Source: Gammaproteobacteria bacterium (lineage in GTDB: Bacteria; Pseudomonadota; Gammaproteobacteria; UBA4575). From it: DNA of 64,000 nt. The DNA is taken from positions 672,001-736,000 of the forward strand of contig CBDEUS010000002.1 in assembly GCA_965243395.1 (NCBI GenBank), read 5' to 3'. Positions 58,301 to 64,000 of the stretch are shown here, piece after piece (position 1 is the stretch's first letter; the number at the start of each line of letters is the position of its first letter). Both the position numbers and the translations under genes were made by a program. The notes beneath the pieces were generated by a model. The model saw only the letters and a program-made list of their open reading frames with translations, searched no databases and was not told the origin of the DNA.

Positions 58301-58751
58301 TGTAAATGGTGTTCCAACTTCTGCACCTAGCGCTGTTACAGAAAGTAATCTGCAAGATATCACCGGATTCACATCTGGTTATACAAACTCATCAATGGCA
58401 GGCTGGAGATTTGATCTTGGAGTAGGTGAAAAAGTTTTCAATGAAGCGAGTGTTTTACGTGGAGAAATCTTTTTCAGTACTTATGTTCCACCAGCGACTG
58501 TATGTAGTAATGATCCAAATGGTTCAAGATTATTTGTCTTGGATCTCGAGGGTAATGCTTCAAGAGACTTAGATGGAGATGTAAGTAACGGTAAAGATTT
58601 CTTTATTACAGTAAATAATTTTGGAATACTTCCGAAGATGGCTCTTCATTATGGCTCAACAGGTCAAGTAAGGAGTGTATTTTTACCTAATGTTGGTAAT
58701 GTTTATTCAACTGGAATACTGGAAGATCGCTTCTGGACGAATAATCCTTAA
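55347..58751 (+). CDS. pilY1: Type IV pilus adhesin PilY1/PilC
   Basis: vWA-like DQSESM and LLSDG, and a C-terminal PilC beta-propeller (YGLDG, GMRRGG, FGGGYD, Ca-loop DLDNDTYAD). Confidence 0.9.
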   Translation: MIFINESWNFMKTLTQKVSLLAFVSTIVFISGFTNVFAEDIEIYDRIQTEPNVLFILDQSESMLELVGSTGLTRDQIVKQAFQQVMSQTYNNLNVGFMDYGRNNGAGVDLPVADVNELARNIEPNVVSTTETYASMLSRFVANVEGPQPNAKTATVEALLEAAKYYRGEILDNKSQGYQGPPGIWNDGDSDYWDSVTGSGNSHWRAAGPRTYSGGSWQSSSTPGPYGPTCKTTNIAGVSLPVCTNPWPGSCWNVPYQPPVNNPFVPSHPHGSKCIDPPGYGCLLWNVDNTECVTSGCLGGTEPAYYHTHAASTTPEVPAHTRCKETGTSTSTGFNGDRFYISPIQTACTENFIVLLSDGGPTILGNHEQTSIKNIAGISSCENLSAAGFNDPSIQQKGVCGPDLVKALANDDQASGVTGIQTINTYTVGFDLGAGASEAKDYLQKLATDGNGQFFDANGAGGVSGLVNIFQNIFNSITQKPLTVARVGSTIDVSTLSSSRDELYVPTFAAAPGQPRWPGNLKGYTMDPAGFLKGLDNNPAFTTAGDFNPSSRSYWSASADGGSIESGGVASRLYPSVRNLYTDDGPGTSRSFEDLIASNFDENDVALFGLVSTGDDDDDEDMVQEHVEWVRGVDVDDENSDGSSTDSRNFIGDALHTDPVVANYDGSKTDPVVGGSIDRVVYFMTNEGFIHAINVTGNTDTTGGTELFAYMPSDLLPNTDLLRRDVGGGAKVYGLDGPLTLHQVGGLTNVAGKKYLYFGMRRGGMNYYAMDVTDPLSPSLMWVIEGGTGDFKEMAQSWSKPIVTNVDVGGTKTLALVFGGGYDTTQDSATTYTADIQGRAIYIVDAITGDKIWSAGPNTLTPNSPDTHNLDLALANGIAGDVSVIDLDNDTYADRIYFGDIGGSIWRIDIQGDLNGLPGFLNDYSGYEFANLHGNSTTDNRRFFGRPIAALTQNGKLAVSIGSGHRSHPLDPNVQDRFYTLYDPNVNGVPTSAPSAVTESNLQDITGFTSGYTNSSMAGWRFDLGVGEKVFNEASVLRGEIFFSTYVPPATVCSNDPNGSRLFVLDLEGNASRDLDGDVSNGKDFFITVNNFGILPKMALHYGSTGQVRSVFLPNVGNVYSTGILEDRFWTNNP

Positions 58752-58771
58752 ACAAGACTTTACTTTTAATT

Positions 58772-58801
58772 AAAAAACGCCGCAGTTGCGGCGTTTTTTT
58801 T
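58772..58801. terminator. Bidirectional intrinsic terminator
   Basis: AAAAAACGCCGC-AGTT-GCGGCGTTTTTTTT between convergent genes. Confidence 0.88.
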
Positions 58802-58816
58802 GGATTAGAGTTTTAA

Positions 58817-59458
58817 TTAATTATATTTTTTTGCATATTCTTCATATGAGCCATGAAAACCCACATGATCTTTTTTATTAAACGGGTCCGTGCTTTTATT
58901 TTTCATCGGAGTTTGTGCACCATCACCGAATTTAGATAAATATTCATCTATTCCACCTTGATAGGCTCCACTACTATTTTCGCCGCCATGTGATTGGTTA
59001 TTGGATTTTGCCAGGTACTCTTCCATACTCATAGAACTTGCGCCAGGAGTTGATGATTTAATAGGTGCTTCTGTGGGTGCAGCTTTTTTGCCTGTCATAT
59101 ATTCATCAATACTTCCAGAAAATCCTTGATGTAGTGTTACGTTTGCTTTCAGTTGTTCACTGCGTTCATGTGCAGATTGTGCAAGATATTCATCAATGCT
59201 CATAGAAGTTGAATCATGTCCTTGCGCATTTGATGAAGAGCTTGGTTTAGACGCTGTTTGTTTTGTAGCACTACTACTTGTAGCTTTAGCAGGCTTGGTA
59301 GTAGTGGATTCTTGCTGAGTACTCGCTTGTTGATTGGACGTTTCTGCAGAACTTTCTGCAGCAAGCCTTCTACGGTCATCGATATAAAATCCTGCAATAA
59401 CACCAAAAATAAATATGCCAACAATGGGCCAAATAATTTTTTCAGATAGTGCGGCCAT
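58817..59458 (-). CDS. Membrane-anchored low-complexity protein with five short repeats
   Basis: N-terminal TM, S/T/A/Q-rich linker, five (S/G)(I/M/Y)(D/E)EY motifs; GAGG RBS. Confidence 0.78.
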   Translation of the reverse strand: MAALSEKIIWPIVGIFIFGVIAGFYIDDRRRLAAESSAETSNQQASTQQESTTTKPAKATSSSATKQTASKPSSSSNAQGHDSTSMSIDEYLAQSAHERSEQLKANVTLHQGFSGSIDEYMTGKKAAPTEAPIKSSTPGASSMSMEEYLAKSNNQSHGGENSSGAYQGGIDEYLSKFGDGAQTPMKNKSTDPFNKKDHVGFHGSYEEYAKKYN

Positions 59459-59482
59459 GGGGCTAACCTCGTTATGATAATG

Positions 59483-59505
59483 ACTAGATTAGTAGTGAAT
59501 CTAGT
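59483..59505. promoter_or_regulatory. Inverted repeat between divergent genes
   Basis: Perfect dyad ACTAGATT-N7-AATCTAGT. Confidence 0.4.
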
Positions 59506-59624
59506 TGTTTCTTATAAGTAGAATAGTTTGGTTAAATTCTAAAACATATTCATTGCCGGTTATAGCTAGAATTGAATTTTTCTTGAGTAAAACTTCGAGT
59601 GCAGTTCTTTAACAAATTTTAACT

Positions 59625-60689
59625 ATGCAAGACATTATTCATATCGATATGGACGCATTTTATGCGGCTGTGGAGCAAAGAGATTTTCCACAATACCGTA
59701 ACAAACCTGTGGTTGTCGGTGGTGATCCTGATAAACGTGGTGTTGTAGCAACTTGTAGTTACGAAGCGCGTAAGTTTGGTATTCATTCTGCAATGGCTTG
59801 TGCGCGTGCGCAGCGTCTATGTCCGAATGCAATTTTTGTGCGGCCACGTTTTGAAATCTACCGACAAATTTCGCAGCAAATCCGCGACATCATGTTTAGT
59901 TATACCGATTTAGTTGAACCGCTTTCACTAGACGAAGCGTACTTGGACGTTACGCACTGTAAGCGCAGTTTTGGCTCGCCTACTTTGGTGGCTAAGGCCA
60001 TTAAGAATGAAATACTGCAAACAACTGGCCTTACTGCATCAGCAGGTGTTTCGTATAATAAATTTATAGCCAAAATTGCATCGGATATGGATAAACCCGA
60101 TGGACTTACATTGATCACAGAAAAACAGGGCCCAGAATTTGTAAAACAATTACCGATTGGAAAGTTTCATGGAATAGGTCCTGCAACAGAAACCAAAATG
60201 CAAGATTTAGGCATTTACACTGGTGAAGATTTACTTGCCTGGAGTCTTGATGAGCTGAAAGCAATTTTTGGCAAAGTAAGCGAATACTATTATCACGCGG
60301 CTCGAGGAGTTGATCGACGTAAAGTAATGAGTCATCGAAAACGTAAGTCGATCGGTTCGGAACAAACCTTTAGTGAAGATATAAAAGATAAGAATGAAAT
60401 GTTAGTTAAGTTGCAACAGCTAGCCACAGAGGTGTGGCAGGATATGCATACAAAAAATATTAGCGGTCGTACTATTACCGTAAAAGTAAAGTTCGATAAT
60501 TTTGTTCAAGTAACCCGTGCAGCGACATTAGCAGGGAATATCAGCAGTCTTGAAGACATCCTGGGGCAACTTGAAGATTTACTGAATAAGGCTGAGGTTG
60601 AAGGCAGGCGTGTACGTTTATTAGGCGTTGCCGTTTCTAAATTAACCACGCTGGAAAGCATTGATGAAGAACAACTTACGCTTCTATAA
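59625..60689 (+). CDS. dinB: DNA polymerase IV
   Basis: HIDMDAFYAAVE, CSYEARKFG, SLDEAYLD, KIASDMDKPDG and the C-terminal clamp motif QLTLL. Confidence 0.96.
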   Translation: MQDIIHIDMDAFYAAVEQRDFPQYRNKPVVVGGDPDKRGVVATCSYEARKFGIHSAMACARAQRLCPNAIFVRPRFEIYRQISQQIRDIMFSYTDLVEPLSLDEAYLDVTHCKRSFGSPTLVAKAIKNEILQTTGLTASAGVSYNKFIAKIASDMDKPDGLTLITEKQGPEFVKQLPIGKFHGIGPATETKMQDLGIYTGEDLLAWSLDELKAIFGKVSEYYYHAARGVDRRKVMSHRKRKSIGSEQTFSEDIKDKNEMLVKLQQLATEVWQDMHTKNISGRTITVKVKFDNFVQVTRAATLAGNISSLEDILGQLEDLLNKAEVEGRRVRLLGVAVSKLTTLESIDEEQLTLL

Positions 60690-60830
60690 AGGCTTATCCT
60701 TGAATGTTTTTTATACGTCTAAATACCCTTACATAATATGTAGGTATAGATAAGTAAGCTAGTATTAATGCAGGTACGCCTTATATATTGTAGACAATGG
60801 GGCCTTGTAGTAATGTTTAACCTAAAGGAA

Positions 60831-60852
60831 GTGACACTTATATATATGTCAC
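60831..60852. promoter_or_regulatory. Inverted repeat upstream of the Mo enzyme gene
   Basis: GTGACA-N10-TGTCAC; a second dyad TACATA-A-TATGTA lies at 60730-60742. Confidence 0.45.
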
Positions 60853-60919
60853 ATGATCAACCTGCTCGTTCATCGCCAGCAAAATATTAGCGAATCTAGA
60901 GTAGTGGAGGAGATTCAAA

Positions 60920-63214
60920 ATGCAGACCGATAAAATTAAAGCGCCGGAAGGCCATTCCATTCACCATGTTACCTGTCCTCATGATTGTCCAGATTCATGT
61001 TCCATGTTGGTAACTCGCGATGATTCCACAGGGAAAGCCGTTCGTGTACAAGGTGATCCAACACACCCTATTACGCGTGGTTATTTATGCAATAAGGTGA
61101 ACCACTATCTTGATTTAGTCTACAACGACAATCGTGTTTTATACCCGCACAAGCGTGTGGGTCCAAAAGGTCCAGGCGCAAAGTTTGAACGCATCACTTG
61201 GGACGAAGCTTTGGATGCCATCACTGATAACTTTAAAGAGACTATTGAAAAATACGGACCCGAGGCCGTACAGCCATATTCTTATTCCGGCACCATGGGC
61301 ATGGTGGGGTATTGGACCATGGACTATCGCTTCTGGAACAAGATGCAAGCCGCAGGTTTAGTTCAGTCAATTTGTATTTATGCTGCCATGTGGGCCGATC
61401 TTCACACCTATGGATTGGCGCATCCAAACATGTCTGTGCACGAAGCAGCACAAGAAGCTGATTTAATGATTCTTTGGGGTGCTAATTTAGTCAGCACCGG
61501 TGTGCATGCAATACCATTCATTCGTGAAGCCAAAGAACGTGGTATGAAATTAATTGTAATCGACCCACGTGTCACACGTACCACAATGATGGCGGATTGG
61601 CACATCCAACCTAAACCGGGTACAGATGCAGCATTAGCACTAGGAATGATGAAAGTCATCGTTGATGCAGGTAAACATGATTTAGAGTTTCTTAAAGAAC
61701 AAACCAATGGTTGGGAAGCATTAATCGAAACTAAACTTCCAGATTACCCACTAGATAAAGTTGAAAAGATTACTGGAGTTCCTGCAGCAGACATCGAAAA
61801 ACTGGCATTGGAGTACGCATCAACTAAGAAATCATGTATTCGTGCAAACTATGGATTAAATCGTCACCAGAATGCCGGACAAATGTGTCGAGCAGTTTTG
61901 GTTCTTCCATGTATAACTGGGGCATTCCGTGAAAAATGTGGTGGCGTAAGTTTTGGCACCTTGAATGAGATGTGGTTCCGTTGCATGAGTGATGCATTGC
62001 ATCGCCCTGATTTAGGAACACGTGGGCGTGCAGTTAATATGGTGCAGATTGGTCGTGCATTATCGGAAAATATTGGCCCAGATGGTGAGCAAATGGATCC
62101 ACCAATTAAGAGTATCTTTGTTTATAACTCTGATCCTGCAAACTGTGCACCTAATACCAATGCCGTGCGTGAAGGCTTCATGCGCGATGATTTATTCGTT
62201 GGAGTGCATGAAACATTCTGGACCGATACCTGTAACTACGCCGACATTGTCATCCCTGCGGATACCCAACTGGAACGTATGGATATGGTGGCGACGTATG
62301 GTAATTGGTATTTCACTATGAATAAGCCTGTGATAGAGCCACTAGGTGAAAGTGTGCGTAATTCAGAATTATTCCGCATGTTAGCTAAGAAAATGGGCTA
62401 TGTTGAAGATGGAGATAACGCATTTACACAAACGGATGAAGAAATTATTCGTGATATCTTATGTGACAAAGGCGAATCAAACTTGCTAATGGAAGGCATT
62501 AAATACGAAGACTTTGAAAATGTTGGTTTTGTGCGCGCTAATACCGCAACCGATAGTCGCGACTGGATGAAAAACGGCTGGCCAACTCCATCAGGTAAAA
62601 TTGATATTTGGTGTGAAGCTCTAAAAGAAGAAGGCGTGGATCCTTTACCTACATATGTGCCTGAAATTGAAGGTCAAGAAGATCCCAAGCGCAAGAAATT
62701 TCCGCTACAAGTATTAAGCAGTGCTTCGCATTACTTTATTGGTGATTCATTCCAGTCTGTTCCGCGCTTACAAGCGATGATGTCTAGACCTACCGTTGAA
62801 CTTAATCCAAATGAAGCTGAAAAGCGCGGTTTGCAAGATGGTGATTTATGTCGCATCTATAATGACCGTGGTGAGACGTACGCCTACCTTGTAATTATTG
62901 AAGGTCATGTGGATGGAATATGCTCTACACAAAAGCAATTCAAGGGAAGTAACACTCCTGGCGGGGTAAATGTTAATGCTCTAAACACCGAAATGCTTAC
63001 TGATTTTGGTACAAGTCCGACTTTTTATTCTTGTTTGGCAGAAGTTGAGAAAGCCAGCGAGGATATGCGCAAGCAAGCATTGTTAAAAGAGTGGGGTGGT
63101 AAAAAAGGGTACATCCAAAAGTGGCGCGAAGACCCACGTAATCAAGATGTAGAAGCAAGTGATGATGAAATTATTGCGTTTGCTGAAAAGCAACACCCAG
63201 GAGTATTTAGTTAA
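60920..63214 (+). CDS. Cytoplasmic molybdopterin (Mo-bisPGD, DMSO reductase superfamily) oxidoreductase
   Basis: CPHDCPDSC…LCNK [4Fe-4S] motif, ITWDEAL, VIDPR, PGTDAALALG, YADIVIPA and YNDRGE; no Tat signal; GGAGG RBS. Confidence 0.9.
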   Translation: MQTDKIKAPEGHSIHHVTCPHDCPDSCSMLVTRDDSTGKAVRVQGDPTHPITRGYLCNKVNHYLDLVYNDNRVLYPHKRVGPKGPGAKFERITWDEALDAITDNFKETIEKYGPEAVQPYSYSGTMGMVGYWTMDYRFWNKMQAAGLVQSICIYAAMWADLHTYGLAHPNMSVHEAAQEADLMILWGANLVSTGVHAIPFIREAKERGMKLIVIDPRVTRTTMMADWHIQPKPGTDAALALGMMKVIVDAGKHDLEFLKEQTNGWEALIETKLPDYPLDKVEKITGVPAADIEKLALEYASTKKSCIRANYGLNRHQNAGQMCRAVLVLPCITGAFREKCGGVSFGTLNEMWFRCMSDALHRPDLGTRGRAVNMVQIGRALSENIGPDGEQMDPPIKSIFVYNSDPANCAPNTNAVREGFMRDDLFVGVHETFWTDTCNYADIVIPADTQLERMDMVATYGNWYFTMNKPVIEPLGESVRNSELFRMLAKKMGYVEDGDNAFTQTDEEIIRDILCDKGESNLLMEGIKYEDFENVGFVRANTATDSRDWMKNGWPTPSGKIDIWCEALKEEGVDPLPTYVPEIEGQEDPKRKKFPLQVLSSASHYFIGDSFQSVPRLQAMMSRPTVELNPNEAEKRGLQDGDLCRIYNDRGETYAYLVIIEGHVDGICSTQKQFKGSNTPGGVNVNALNTEMLTDFGTSPTFYSCLAEVEKASEDMRKQALLKEWGGKKGYIQKWREDPRNQDVEASDDEIIAFAEKQHPGVFS

Positions 63215-63283
63215 AGTACATTACTAAACAAATCAAACCCTCGTTGCTAAAAAATGAAAAGGATAAAAGAGGAGTAAAACAAA

Positions 63284-64000
63284 ATGGCGGCAGCACAAAA
63301 AAACTTTCACGACCCGTTTGATTTCTACATAAGGAAATTACCCGAACCCGACCGTGATATTCAAACAAAACGCGTAAGTGTAAGTAGTGGTGTAATCAAA
63401 AGTGTTGAAAATTTAACTTACGACACTTACAAAATTGTAATTAAGTGTAGTGATGATGCGCCTCAAATGGTTGCGACCGCGGGTCAATACGCGACCATCA
63501 AAGTTCCTGGTTGCAGAAAACCACGTTCTTATTCATTAGCGAAAGCACCTGAAAATGAAAACCCAGATGAACATACTTTTTTTATTCGCTTAGTGCATGG
63601 CGGCAAACTTTCAAGCTGGATTGCCGAAGGGAATCGTGAGGGCGAGCATGTGGTTATTTCAGGACCGCTTGGAAAATTCTCACTTGATAGTAGTAATAAA
63701 ACAATGGTCTGTATTGCCGGCGGTAGTGGCATGAGTGCTGTTAACGCTATTGTTGAACATGCATGTAATAAACAAGTTGAGCGTGACTGTTACTTTTTTT
63801 ATGGGGCGAGGACACAAGCTGACTTATATTTACAGGAAGAGATGCGAGAAATCGAACGCAAGTGGAATAAAAATTTTAGTTTTAAATTTATTCCAGTGTT
63901 ATCAGAGGAAGCAGAGGATAGTGATTGGGATGGTCCGCGCGGATTTGTAACAGAGCATTTTAAAGATGAATATTTAAATAAAGGTGTTGTTTCGGTTAAT
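63284..64000 (+). CDS. XylA-like FAD/NAD(P)H oxidoreductase, truncated by the window end
   Basis: Not in the ORF track. GAGGAG RBS, ATG 63284, open to the end of the window. Motifs AGQY, RSYS, GGKLSSW, GPLG, CIAGGSG, FFYGART and VLSEE…W.G.RGFVTE. Confidence 0.88.
   Translation, partial: MAAAQKNFHDPFDFYIRKLPEPDRDIQTKRVSVSSGVIKSVENLTYDTYKIVIKCSDDAPQMVATAGQYATIKVPGCRKPRSYSLAKAPENENPDEHTFFIRLVHGGKLSSWIAEGNREGEHVVISGPLGKFSLDSSNKTMVCIAGGSGMSAVNAIVEHACNKQVERDCYFFYGARTQADLYLQEEMREIERKWNKNFSFKFIPVLSEEAEDSDWDGPRGFVTEHFKDEYLNKGVVSVN

Noticed and set aside
63529-63950. ORF-track entries 63529-63732 (-) and 63735-63950 (+)
   Set aside because: Both lie inside the real open-ended reductase frame that starts at 63284.

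Overview
This is an AT-rich gammaproteobacterial chromosome segment, probably from a sulfur-oxidising chemolithotroph. It carries aprM-aprB-aprA with no sat in the window, a GalT-family protein that looks like APS:phosphate adenylyltransferase (apt), a PPi-type phosphofructokinase, adk, rhodaneses and an orphan CbbQ-like ATPase. It also has housekeeping genes (fpr, slyD, ilvB-like, dps, bolA, tatD, pepN, fabA, dinB), an RND efflux trio and a fimT-pilV-pilW-pilX-pilY1 minor pilin cluster. I found no rRNA, tRNA, CRISPR array or transposase. The strongest candidate for an undescribed system has three parts. (1) A GC-rich XylM/AlkB-like membrane di-iron monooxygenase (50707-51855) whose third His box reads QxxHH and which has a multi-hairpin 5' leader. 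(2) A divergent CarH/LitR-like MerR regulator that has lost its B12 ligands but has 11-bp-spaced operator-like repeats upstream. (3) About 9 kb away, a cytoplasmic Mo-bisPGD enzyme followed by a XylA-like flavin reductase with no N-terminal ferredoxin domain; this gene runs off the window end and is missing from the ORF track. I also found two unannotated small ORFs with their own terminators, a paralogous pair of 4-Cys proteins, and a membrane-anchored protein with five short motif repeats. All product calls come from motif recognition by eye; no database searches were run.
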